64,000 bases of DNA from contig JBITNC010000001.1 of assembly GCA_050084985.1 (NCBI GenBank), positions 139,252,001 through 139,316,000 on the forward strand. Reading direction: 5' to 3'. Below the pieces are notes generated by a model. That model had not been told where the DNA came from. It ran no database searches and saw only the letters and a list, made by a program, of their open reading frames with translations. Source of the stretch: Nageia nagi (lineage: Eukaryota; Plantae; Pinophyta). This document shows positions 38,550 through 50,865 of the stretch, piece by piece. Position 1 is the stretch's first letter. Each line of letters begins with the position of its first letter. The position numbers were made by a program, and so were the translations under genes.

Positions 38550-39225
38550 AGTTACGGTGATTTAGTTTCCAATAACATAAAGCCACGAATTCCAAAGTAG
38601 TAGCATCCACATTGGATATGGGTAGCATGTAATCACTAAAATTACATGATATCACCTCTATCAAAATATGCCCCTATCCGATAGTGCTACCATGGCATGT
38701 TTCAGTAGGATCATCATTGTGCACATTGCCAGACCCCACTATATTCCCAAGAGGGTCAAGGAGATGCACCTTTTGACTCTTTCTAATAGAAAATAATCCA
38801 TAATTTATGCATTATTGTGGTTGTGGACTAGCATTTTCTTGCATGGGACATGAAGTCAACAATTAATTAAAAAATATAATTATTATGAAATACAAATATC
38901 ATTAATTACATAAATGTTTGATATAAATTTAGGAATGATTATATCTATTAGGTTATAATAGATTGTTGGCACTGAGGTTGCACCAAGTTAATATCCCATA
39001 ACACAAAGCCCCAAAGAGATTATCCCAATGTCGTAGCATCCCTCTTGGGTATGGGTAGCTTGTAACCTATGAAATTAATTGTTGTCACCTCTACTAAAAT
39101 ATGTCCTTCACAAATAGTGCTACCATGGCATGTGCCTACAGGATCATCATTATGCATATTTCTAGACCCCACTATATTACTAAGAGGTTTGAGGAGATGC
39201 ACCTTTTGATCCTTTTTGGTAGCAA
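38550..39225 (-). pseudogene. Two tandem Tnp1/En-Spm-like (Transposase_23/DUF8039-type) domains from a ~430-bp exon+intron duplication
   Basis: Copy 1: 'QKVHLLKPLSNIVGSRNMHNDDPVGTCHGSTICEGHILVEVTTINFIGYKLPIPKRDATTLG'. Copy 2: 'QKVHLLDPLGNIVGSGNVHNDDPTETCHGSTIG*G/HILIEVISCNFSDYMLPISNVDATTLE'. Both fit the V.L...IV..G....DP....HG..+G.....V.V......LP.P....TLG pattern. Confidence 0.65.
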
Positions 39226-39590
39226 ATGGATGAATATTGCCATGTCCTACCTTCTTGTCAAATAATGATGATTTGTAGGCCTTCAACTGAATACAAAAAT
39301 ATAGAATTTAGTTAAAATTAAATTAGAAGAAAATGGAGTTACCTAAACATTCACCTCATGATCAAAATTAACCTCATCATGTACATTTAACTCATCATCA
39401 AAATTCACCTCATCATCAACACCTTGATCATTTTTTGTAGATTAAAAATCAATTACACATGAAGAATTTTCATAATTTGATGAATCCTTTTAATAATTTT
39501 TGTGATGTCAACAATGAACAATATTGTATATTTGTACAAATATATAATAGCATATTTTTTTGATTTTTTTTAAAATTCTTATTGAAATGT

Positions 39591-42500
39591 TGATCCATAA
39601 TCCTTAAGAATTAAAATTTCAGTGGATTCACCTTCATTTTTCTTATTTTGTTATTCTTGGAAGTATTGAAATTGGAGTGACATATTTTGGAACATTGAAG
39701 TGAGATCAACAAGTTGCTTTTCTAAGTTAGAACCCCCTTCATTAGTCATGGTACTCTCTCTTTTCTTCCTTAGCAAAATACTTGAACCAATCTCATGATC
39801 TCCTTCTACAATTTCCTCTCCTCCTTTTTTACTTTGCAACATGGTATTCATGCAAAACAATTTCCAAACACCTAACAACAAAACTCACAAAATATAGGTT
39901 AATCCTAATTTAATCTCTTGCTCTAATACCTATCATGATCCATAATCCTTAAGAATTAAAATTTCACTTTAGCTCTCAACTTGGACTAGTCCGCACTTAA
40001 ATTTATTCAAGTGTTTGTAAGGAAAATTAGAGAGAATATTTGCAAAACCAAAGAAGAAATAGAACTCCAAGCACACAAAAGATAAGCAAAATTTACCTTG
40101 GTTCACCTAGTGTGGACTACTCCAACAATCTTAGCTCTCTTTTCAAAAAATGAGTTGAATTCAAATACAAAAAGGACCTCCATAATCTTCTAGCCTCTTC
40201 TCACATTCACACATAATATTTAGCTCTCAAATTCATCTCCACAATTGAACTAATCTCTCTAAAAAAATCCTCGTTTATAATAAATCCAAATTGTCCCTTT
40301 TTTATACAAAATTTGGGCTCAATTTTGGAGTATTTTACAACTAGGAAGAATTAGAAAAAAAATAATTCTAAGTACCCGTTTGGCTCCTCTATCTTCAGTT
40401 CAAATTTGGGCTCAAATGGTTGAGCCATATCTAAATAGGAGCCTCTAAAGATAAAAAATAATGCTCTTTGGTTTTATAGGTTTAAAAATAATAATAAACC
40501 CAATAATAGGATTTTAAACCAATTAAAAATAACATCACATCTTTAAAACATCCAAATACATACAAAAAATCACTTTAATAGGCAAATCCAATAATATGGT
40601 GCCACTTGGTAGCTTGCAATCTAGCCTCCAAAATGCCCCCATGCAATTTGGTCTCCAAACACCCCCATTTCATTAAAAACATTGCATACTTCAAAATGCA
40701 ATTTCTTATGGTGCCACTTGGTAGCTTGTAATTTGGCCTCTAAAATGCCCCCATGCAATTTGGTCTCCAAACACCCTCCATTTCATTAAAAACATTGGAC
40801 ACTTCAATTTTGGAGTATTTTACAACTAAGAAGAAAAATAAAAACACTATTTCTAGGTACCCATTTGGCTCCTCTATCTTCAATTCAAATTTGGTCTCAA
40901 ATGGTTGAGCCAATCTCTAAATAGGAGCCTTTGAAGACAAAAAATAACACTCTCTAGTTGTACAGGTTTAAAAATAATACTTAGCCCAATAATAGGATTT
41001 TAAACCAATTAAAAATAACATCACAACTTTAAAAAATCCAAATACATACAAAAAATCACTTTAATAGGCGGATACAATAATATGGTGCCACTTGGTAGCT
41101 TGCAATTTGGCCTTTAAAATGCCCCCATGCAATTTGGCCTCCAAACACCCCCCATTTCATTAAAAACATTGCATACTTCAAAATGCAATAACTTTTAATC
41201 ATGAAGTCAATTTCATGAACCATAAAAAGTGCTAGAAAGAGAAAAATGAGATCTACAACATGATGTAATAAAACAAATATGAATAGGACTTGAAAAATTA
41301 CTTTTTCCTTTTTTTGTGCCTCTTATAGTTTTTAATAAAAAAATACCCAAAATTAGAATCACATATCTCCCTCAAACTAAATCGGATTTTTGATTCAAAA
41401 GAAGTTTTGAAAAGCTAATGAAGAATAGAACATACTAAACATACTAAAAATGAAATTTATAAATATTAAAGAGATCCAAATTTTGGATCATTACTACCCA
41501 TTGAGAGAGATCTTTTGACCCCAAAAGTACTTAGGATGGTGGAATAAGGTGAGGGTAGAGTTCCCTCACTCGATCAACTGCATGCCACTTGGCCTTGTGT
41601 GGGTGTTGACCCTTTATATAATATGCCATACCTCATGTTCACCACTACAATATGACCTCTTCTTCTTTTCCAACATAGCATCCTTAGCTAAAACACTTAT
41701 GTATTTAGGGGCTGAATCCTCCATAGATGGAAACATGACATCTATATCTTTTGCAACTAAGGTTGGTTCATAAAATTTCAAATTATCCATATTAACAACA
41801 TAATAAATCTACATATAAGGTGGCAAGTCTAACCAAAATTCATTTTCACCAACTTGATCAATGATATTAAAAGGCCCATACCTTATTGGCTTCAACTTTT
41901 TCCCCTTACCATGTTGTCTTTCCTTGCTAAGATGAAGCCATACTTGATCCTCAACCTAAAATTTATGATCCACTCTATGATGATTACTCCTCTCCTTGTA
42001 GTTTTCTTGACTCTTCTCCAACTATTCTTTTACCTTCTTATGTATCACCTTGATCCTCTCAATGAAGTTCTTTGCTTGCTCCTCCTCACTATGAAGAACA
42101 CTATTTCCATTGCTAGATTAAACTAAAGCCAAATCAAAAGGTGACTATAGAAAATAACCAAAACATGTATCAAAAGGTGATTTGTAAGTAGAAGTGTATA
42201 GCTTGATTATATGCATGTTGTATATAGCTAAAATGTTCATCCCAAGTATTAGGATGCTTACCATAATAACCTCGTAAAAGGTATACCACTATCCTATTTA
42301 CTACTTTTATTTGACCATCTATATGTGGATGAAATGTTGTACTCCTCTTTAACTTAGTGTCCATCCTTTCCCACAAAGAAGTCCAAAATCTACTAAGAAA
42401 CTTGGAATCCCTATCAAAAATGATATAAGTAGGAAGATCAAAATGTACCCACACATAAGTAAAGAAAAGATTAGCAGCCTCTTGACCTGTCAATCTTTTT

Positions 42501-45500
42501 ACATGGAATTAGTTTGCACATTTTACTGAATCTATCCACAACCATATACAAATAATCATTTCCTATCTTAGAAATAGGTAAACCACTAACAAAATCCATA
42601 TAAATACTCTCCCATGATCTTGTAGGAAAAGACAATGGTATATAGAGACCCAACTTCTTATTTCTAGGTTTGCTAACACTAGATAACATACAACCTCTAA
42701 TATACTTGAATACATTTTCTTGCATTTTAGGAAAATAACAATACCTTCACAAATTAGCAAGAAATTTATCAATACCAAATGAAAAACTAATCCATCATGT
42801 ATTTGAAAATCAATATTTCCATTTTTCTTTGGATTTATAATAATAAGAGAACCACATGGTGATGTGTGTAGTCTAATGACTCCTTAATCTAGCAATTCCT
42901 TAATTAGTTTCTTAATTTTTTCATTTTCCATAAAAGAATATATATAAAAACCAATATTAGGAATTGTGACATTAAGATGTAAGTGAATCTCATGTTGTAT
43001 ATCTCTTTTAGGTGGAATCTCTTTAGGTATTTGAAATAAAACCTCAAATTCATAAATTACCTCTTTAACTTCATCTTTGTATTGTGGTTCACATTCATCA
43101 AGTGCCTTAATGATTTCCACTTCATTTGAGAAATCAACATTGCAAGTGCAAACATTTTTCCTATATTAATATGTCTCTTTGATTTTCCTATAGTAATTAG
43201 AGAAATATTCTTTTCCTTATTTTGATGAGAACTAACGATATATTCAATTCTATCCTTAATGAGTCTATATTTATTTTCCTTTCTATAAAACAAAACATGC
43301 AAGCATAATCCCATAAATATTCAAAGGTACAACATCAAGTCAAATCTCATCAATGTTATTCCTGTTAATTCCAAATGTCAATTTGCATTGTCTAGTTACC
43401 TCTAACTTGGACTTTTTATGAACCCATCCTAATGGATAGGGGAGTTGATGTGGTTGAGTAGTGAGTGTAAGTGATCTGACATATTCCTTAGAAATTAAGT
43501 TAACTTATGAACCAAGATTGAACAATGTATCAATCCTTGTTTTCTTAGCTTGTACCTTAATGTGAAAAAGATCAATTTTCTTCGTTTCTTCATCTTTAAT
43601 AGATGAATTATGCAAGACATACATGCCATTTTCTCATCTACATCAGAACCATTGTCTACTTCTTTTTCAATAGTATTTGATTGTTTTTTTTGCTCTTTAA
43701 ATTTAGGGTATAATTTAGGATGCAATTTCTAACATTTAGCCTCTAAATGACCTTGTTGTTTACAATGAGTACATACATCTTTAGACTTTTCTTTTTGTGT
43801 AGTAGATGTGGTTTTCACTTTTCCCTTATTCTTTCCAAAATTATTAGGATTAGAAGCATTTTTCTTTTTATTTTCTTTAATAAATTTTCCTCTTTCTTCT
43901 AAATGTGTGGCTTGTACACAAACTTTATCCAAATTAGTTGGATCAAACATCAACAAAGTATATTATAAATAGTTTTTTAAACCACCAATATACTTTAGAA
44001 GAGTATCTTGGGAATTAAGAGAAATACGTAACATAGTAGCCCTTTTTTTGAAACTTGGTTATGTATTCTTGCGCACTTTACCCTTTACCTTGATGGAATC
44101 TTTTCCATTCCATTACTTCTTTTTGATGGTATCCCAATGGATAAAATTGATCTCTAATCAATTGTACAAAATGAGTCCAAGAGGCAATACAATCATTAAG
44201 TGTTTCACTCTCACTTTTCATACAATTTTGCATACAACTTTCCCCCCAAATAAATGCATTCCCACTCATCTTAATGGTAGCTAATTGGATTTTATCCTCA
44301 TGTTTTACAATCTTTTGTATTCTACAATACACTTCAATTTGCTTAATCCAATGATATAATTTTTCAACATTCACTTCTCCATCAAAAGTAGGAAAATCAA
44401 AATTTACTTCAAGCTTCAAAGGAGAACTTTCAAAATAACTATTTGCATTTTCATCACCTAATCTTTTACCTTCACTAGATTCACCTTCATTTTTCTTATT
44501 TTGTTATTCTTGGAAGTATTGAAATTAGAGTGACATATTTTGGAACATTGAAGTGAGATCAGCAATTTGCTTTTCCAAGTTGGAACCTCCTTCATTAGGC
44601 ATGGTACTCTCTCTTTTCTTCCTTAGCCAAATCCTTGAACCAATCTCATGATCTCCTTATACAATTTCCTCTCCTCCTTTTTTACTTTGCAACATGGTAT
44701 TCATGCAAAATAATTTCCAAACTCCCAACAACAAAACTCATAAAATATAGGTTAATCCTAATTTAATCTCTTGCTCTGATACCTATCATGATCCATAATC
44801 CTTAAGAATTAAAATTTCACTTTAGCTCTCAACTTGGACCAGTCCACACTTAAATTTATTCAAGTGCTTGTAAGGAAAATTAGAGAGAATATTTGCAAAA
44901 CCAAAGAAGAAATAGAACTCCAAGGACACAAAAGATAAGCAAAATTTACCTTGGTTCACCCAGTGTGGGCTACTCCAATAATCTTAGCTCTCTCTTTAAA
45001 GTGAGTGGAATTCAAGTACAAAAAGGACCTCCATAATCCTCTAGCCTCTTCTCACATTCACACATAATATTTAGCTCTAAAATTCACCTCCAAAATTGAA
45101 CTAAACTCTCCAAAAAAATCCTCCTTTTCAACACATCCAAATTGTCCCTTTTTTATACAAAATTTGGGCTCAATTTTGGAGTATTTTACAACTAGGAAGA
45201 ATTAGAAAAACACTAATTCTAGGTACCCATTTGGCTCCTCTATCTTTAGTTCAAATTTGGGCTTAAATGGTTGAGCCAATCTCCAAATAGGAGCCTTTGA
45301 AGATAAAAAATAACACTCTTTGGCTATACATGTTTAAAAATAATACTCAACCTAATAATAGGACTTTAAACCAATTAAAAATAACATCATAGCCTTTAAA
45401 AATCCAAATACATGCAAAAAATCACTTTAATAGGTGGATCCAATAATATGGTGCCACTTGGTAGCATGCAATTTGGCCTTCAAAATGACCCCTTGCAATC

Positions 45501-45919
45501 TGGCCTCCAAAATGCCCCCATGCAATCTAGCCTCCAAAATGCCCCCATGCAATCTGGTCTCCCAATGCCCCCCATTCCATTAAAAAAATTGCATACTTCA
45601 AAATGCAATAACTTTTGATCACGAAGTTGATTTCATGAACCGTAAAATATGCTAGAAAGAGAAAAATGATCTCTAAAACATGATGTAATAAAATAAATAT
45701 GAATAGGAACTTGAAAAATTACTTTGTTTTTTCTTTTCTTCTTTGTGCCTCTTGTATTTTTAATAAAAAAATACCCAAATTTAGAAATCACATATCTCCC
45801 TCAAATTGAATCATATTTTTGATCTGAAAGAAGTTTTAGAAATTTGATGATTAATAGAACACACTAAATATACTAAATATGACATTTCTAAATATTCAAG
45901 AGATCCAAATTTTAGATCA
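39591..45919 (-). mobile_element. Ty3/gypsy LTR retrotransposon lacking RT/RNase H, with a tandem (three-LTR) remnant
   Basis: Perfect TSD AATGT (39586-90 / 45920-24). 5' LTR 44789-45919, second LTR 39936-41490, and a 31-bp LTR end at 39591-39621. PBS gctctgatacc at 44773-44783. Gag ORF 44078-44419, CCHC 'CTHCKQQGHLEAKC', protease remnant 'IDTLFNLGS*VNLIS', and integrase ORFs 42471-42725 and 42170-42493 ('SWESIYMDFVSGLP', 'IIFDRDSKFLSRFW'). Confidence 0.92.
40320..41190. repeat. Internal duplications that lengthen one LTR (1555 bp versus 1131 bp)
   Basis: caattttggagtattttacaacta restarts at ~40320 and ~40805. tatggtgccacttggtagcttg occurs at ~40595, ~40707 and ~41081. Confidence 0.85.
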
Positions 45920-48059
45920 AATGTTGTTTTATTACCTTCTATTGTACGATAAATTTCACATACCCCTTTCTAAATTCATGTTTATAACCAATCAATTTTC
46001 TCTTTTTCTTTATATCCTCAAAATTATACTCTTCCTATTTATTTGCATTTTAGCAACAACTAGTTCTGGTAATATTTTTCTATCTTTAACATCATAATGA
46101 AAATAAAGATTACCTAATAATCTATAATGCTTACTATTAAATTGTCTCATCATCACCTTATTTATATCCTACCTATATGCTATATATTTGTTTTGGTTAT
46201 AGGATGATGGTTTTTTAATGCCATAGGATGGCCTCCTACCTCTTGGAAGAGGAGGAATTGGTGGTGCACCTTCATGATATCATCTCCTATGTTGGTATAA
46301 CCTTTTCCTATCATCCTTTTGAACACCATTGATCAAACCACAATTCCTAATAAGGAAAAAATATTAAATTCTATCACCCTTCCTAGTGGCTATCCATTCT
46401 CCCACAACAAAATCTACAAATACATCTCTATAATCAGGTACCCCATGCAAGCTCCTAAACTCCTCCTGATAAATTTGTACCATGTGTTCTTGAAAAAAAT
46501 AAATAGAAGATCAATATGTACTTGTACTACCCACTCAAAAAAATAAAAATCAAGTGTGTATTATTTAGCACATACCATTGATTAGCATGGAAATTTCCAC
46601 AACACACTTCTAAATTATGAGTGCAACTTCCTTGCAATTAAAAAAAAAAAGAAACATCTTCAAAGTATGAACTTGCAATAGGGTTTATCAATACATCAAA
46701 GACTAAGTAAAAAGTATTTTTTTGTCACATGTTGTGGTTTACAGTACTACCTAGTAGACATGATTCAAACATAGTTTCATGGAATGCATTGATTTAAGGA
46801 TATTCAATTCAAGGATACATACATCAAGGATGCCCTTAAACTATTTCATCTGATGAAGCACTTGAGTAAGCTATCAAATTTATTGCCAAGATGAAATGTA
46901 GGTTTGTCCTAGGTACTTTTACATTACATAAGAATGTAGGAATTGGGGTATTTCTGGAAGCATTCTTTAATTTGGTGGAGACTAAATGTGCTCCATCTTA
47001 TGTTGTTATTTCAATTTTTTTATGCAAAAGTGGGAAACTATGATGATGATGAATGAGTATGGACATTGATGAAAGATTGAGGAATTAAAAAATACATGGA
47101 TGTAGTTGGATAGAAGTTAAATTAAGGGTAAGTGGAGTAAGATTAAGGAATCAAAAAGACAACTAGATGTAGTTGGATTTAAGCTCCTAAGATTGTAAAT
47201 GGAGTAAGGAAATTAATGAGAGATTGAGGAATCAGAAAGAAACTTGGTTTTAGTCGGATTGAACTTAACTATAGAAGAATAACATTATTAATTTTGCTTT
47301 CCCAAAATTTTCAATATAATGCCTAAAAGTGGAAAATTTGTAATAGGGTGTATAAATACATCAAATATTGATTAAAATAGTATTTCCTTTGCATATATTT
47401 TTTATTCTTGTAAGAAAGATAGTTCTAACTAGAAAAAACACCCTAATTATGAATTTGTATAGTTATCGAACCCTAAATCATAAACCCTTTACATTATTGA
47501 ATAATTCCCCATATTAGAAAATTTAAAATAGGATTTCTTATTAAATCAATGGTTTTAACTAGAAAAAAAATCCTAACTATGAATCTATATAGTTATCAAA
47601 CCTTAAACCCTACACATTATCGAACAATACCAAAAATTGGGAAATTTGAAATAGGGTTTATTTTTAAATCAATTTATCTTTACAAGTGTATTTCTTTCAC
47701 TATGTATAGAATCGATGAGAAAAAAACCTAACCAAACAAATTTAACAGGAATGCATACTAGGATAATCATCATGCCCCTTTTGGTAGAAAGCTCTATGCA
47801 ATGGTATCATACAGAATGCTCTACAATTTCATAGGATCTGGTTAGGGTTTTTAGCTAATGAATTAAAAAAAAATGATAAATTCATTTGAAGAAGAAATAA
47901 ATTAGACAAGGATATGATCATATGAGTACCAATATGAGGGCTTGTCTTGGAAGCATCGTATAGGATGGTCTACAAATATTTTAGGGTGAGATCATCTTCT
48001 TTTGTTTTGAATTATAGAGAAAATAAGAGTGGTGGATATATGCTCAAAAGTTAAACTTT

Positions 48060-48932
48060 ATATTTATAGATCTTGTTATACACCCATGATAGGTGCACTA
48101 TACACCTATTCTATAACTAAAATTATTGCTATATGCCCATAATATAAGTTCTATACACTCATTATATATCTCATTTAAAAATTTAAAGTTTTTTAGTTCT
48201 CACTATACACCCATATTATAACTGCTATACGCTTGTACTATATCTACATTCAAAAATTTAAAAATTTTCTATTCTTAGTTATCTCTATATGCCCCTCTTA
48301 TAACTACTATATGCCCATAGTATATCTCATTAAAAAATGTAAAAAATTTCCATTCTTAGTTCTCATGATATGTCCCTTGTACAACTGCTATATGCCCATA
48401 ATATATCTCATTCAAAAATTAAAAAAATTCATTCTTAATTATCTCTATACGCCCACATTATGTTAAGCAATATATGCCCATCATATATCTAGTTTTAACA
48501 TTTTGAGGTATTTCATGTTTCTTGCTATATGCCCATGATATATTTGATATATGCTCATGATATATCTATTCAACAAAATCTAATTTTTTTCAATTTCTCA
48601 CTATAAATCCATGATATAGGTCCGATATATGCCTATCATATATCTTGTCACACCAATGGATTTTTTTCAGCAGCTGTTGATATATGCCCATTATATAGCT
48701 TCACTATATGCCTATGATATATCTAGATGGATCAACATCGTAGGAAGGTAATAGAGTGGTAGAATTTGATATAAATCCATCATATTAGTTTTGATATATA
48801 CCCATAATATATCAGAAATGAAGTGATGCAATCGAGCAGAGGTGGTGGTGGTGGAACTGATATACACCCATTGTTATTTTTGATATACATTCATAATATA
48901 TGTGCAAATTTGGTTAGAGGATAGGCTCTTCC
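48060..48932 (-). repeat. Right MULE TIR with motif arrays and ~4 tandem ~80-bp units
   Basis: Reverse complement of the left TIR. The unit ctatatgcccata.tatatctcatt.aaaaa.tt.aaaa..tt..attcttagtt is repeated over 48130-48450. Confidence 0.9.
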
Positions 48933-50865
48933 TTTTGTATATTATATCATGTAGGAAGTTAAAATATTGTAAAAGGAAGTTTAGATTCAAAAGAATAAAG
49001 AATTCTTTTTTGAATTTTATTCTTCCTATGGTTTAATTGTATGTGTAAATCAATATTTGAAGTACTATTTTAGTCTCCTACATGAATCTACATTTATAAT
49101 AGAGTGCTGAGGACCATTCTTGGGTAGTGGATGATCAAGTTATATGGTATGATAATAAATATGAAAAGATTGATGAAGAGGATATGAAGACTATAAGCTT
49201 CATGCTCAATTGTGAAGATCACTCATCAAGATTGAAGGATATTTTATGTAAAGAAAAGAGCAAAAAGAACTATCTCATTTGTGGGATGGAAACTAAAATA
49301 GCAAATAAGATAGAGAATGAAGATGAAACCAAGTTTGATGAAATTTAATTTTTCATGAATATGGAGGAATCAATTTTTAAAGGTGAAAATCACTCCCTTG
49401 GAGTGAAAACAAAGAAGAATGGGAGTTATCTTCAAAAGGCAACATTATGTGAAGAAACATTAATGAATAAAAAAGGCAATGCTTGATTCAACAATAAGGA
49501 TATCAAATTTACATTAGCATAGTACCTTGGAAAGAATAATATAAGATACAAGGGAGTTTATTACTATGATTGAAGTAATATTTGCTTCAAAAGCAACATG
49601 GGGTTATACTCACCAAAGCATATTGGAGATGATGATTTTCTATTTTTTGATTTATTAACTAATGATACTAATTATTGTTTATTAATTAGATGTTTGAAGG
49701 ATAGATCTTAGACTATTATTAATGAAGAATATGGTGTATATATTATCAAGGCATAAATTGAATATTATTTCATGGAGATAACATTGCTAAATAGTCTTCC
49801 TTGGAAGAAGACAATGGTGAAGAGCTTGGGTCACTTAGACTCAAATGATGGAAACTAAGAGTGGTTTAAAACTACTTGTAATAAGGAATGTATTGATATT
49901 TGTGTAAATATATCCATTAAATGATTGTACATTATGTAAAATTCAGTAATTTATGTGTGAGGTTGCCAATGTAGTAGGTCATTTCATGGCCATATTTGTG
50001 TTGATTTATTGTGTAGAAATTTATGATATAGTAGTATGGTTTAATAATATTTCTAATATGATTAATAATTATAAATAATATTCTTGTAGAGAAAGAGAAT
50101 TAGTTGAAATATGCTTTAAAAATCATGCTAAAATTGTAGAGCAACAGTTCTAAGATCATAAAGAGAAGTGGTTATTGAAAATAAAATTTGAGAAGAATTT
50201 TAATGAAGGGGGAGTTTCTCATCAAAAGGAGGAAATCAATTGCCTATAATAAGGAGCAACATTAGAGATGAAGGATATCCCACACCAAATGTGGAAGAGT
50301 TCCTATGTGAATTTTTTGTGTTCTTTGATTTCTTGTTGAAAGATTAGAGGAAACAAAAAAAAAAAATTAGTTTCTTAAAAGTTTGTGATGCTTTTGGAAT
50401 CCTATAAGATTCCTTTTAGCATCAACAGGAAGAATGTTAGAACTTGAGCTCAATTGAATACCATTCAAAGTTTAAGATCAAACTAATTCTCTATCAATTA
50501 GACTTTCTCAATAGATTACACATCCAATTGAGCTGATTATTTTTGCATTGGATAGTCCTTGATGATTCCTTTCCAATAAAGTATATGCATGCCTTTGTAG
50601 ATTGTATATGCATAACTAAATTTATCATCTATATATTGTATATGCATGACTAAATTTATCATGTGTAGGTTATTTCCATTGAGTATATGCATGACTAAAT
50701 TTAGCATGTATATTATTTTTACTCCTAGTTTAGATTTAGAAGTTTTTATTTTGAGTGTTTGTTTCACCCAATTGATGTTTATCATGTTAGGTTAGTTTTA
50801 GGACTTCTATATTTATGCTTTTCCAAGAATGGGTTGTAACAAGTTGAGTTTATCCAACTTGAGTG

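Larger units (their letters stand above)
35610..46350 (-). pseudogene. Second, convergent multi-exon MULE gene: putative C2H2/AT-hook region + 2x Tnp1-like domains + Cys-protease-like domain (interrupted by the gypsy element at 39591-45919)
   Basis: Minus-strand coding blocks are separated by AT-rich GT..AG introns at ~46345-46170, ~39290-38950, ~38830-38520, ~38400-38260, ~37400-36750, ~36490-36200 and ~35988-35613. The domain evidence is given in the next features. The exon structure is approximate. Confidence 0.65.
23287..48932. mobile_element. Mutator-like element (MULE), 25.6 kb (~13.7 kb without nested LTR elements)
   Basis: Termini ggaagagccta.cc.../...gg.taggctcttcc are inverted, and inverted homology extends >600 bp (23287-~23900 versus ~48280-48932). 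10-bp TSD: ttttggatat (23277-86) / ttttgtatat (48933-42). The empty site is preserved in the host 5' LTR (tttttggatattatgtagg, ~18235). An internal MULE transposase is present. Confidence 0.93.
17800..49095 (+). mobile_element. Full-length degenerate Ty3/gypsy (CRM-like) retrotransposon; 3' LTR split by the MULE
   Basis: 5' LTR 17800-18393 (TGATG...CATCA). The 3' LTR starts at 22848, runs to 23286 and resumes at 48943-~49095, matching the 5' LTR tail (atgtaggaagttaaa...gattcaaaagaataaagaatt...gaatctacat). The TSD is ambiguous. Confidence 0.88.
15920..50865 (+). mobile_element. Non-autonomous Ty1/copia-like LTR element hosting the whole nested stack
   Basis: ~15920-16350 is directly repeated at ~50470-50865 (e.g. 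catgttaggtta.ttttaggacttcta.atttatg...aagttgagtttatccaacttgagt). The 3' LTR starts TGTTAG at 50435 after the purine run aacaggaagaa. A copia gag N-terminus 'MYEKLEVPKFNGDDYAY*MIRMKT..LMAKELWSII*DGY' lies at ~16850-16970. No pol was recognised in 16.6-17.8 kb or 49.1-50.4 kb. Confidence 0.7.

Noticed and set aside
45412-45618. ORF with LQNAPMQSG repeats
   Set aside because: It is a translation of a 27-bp tandem repeat inside an LTR, and its copy number differs in the sister LTR.
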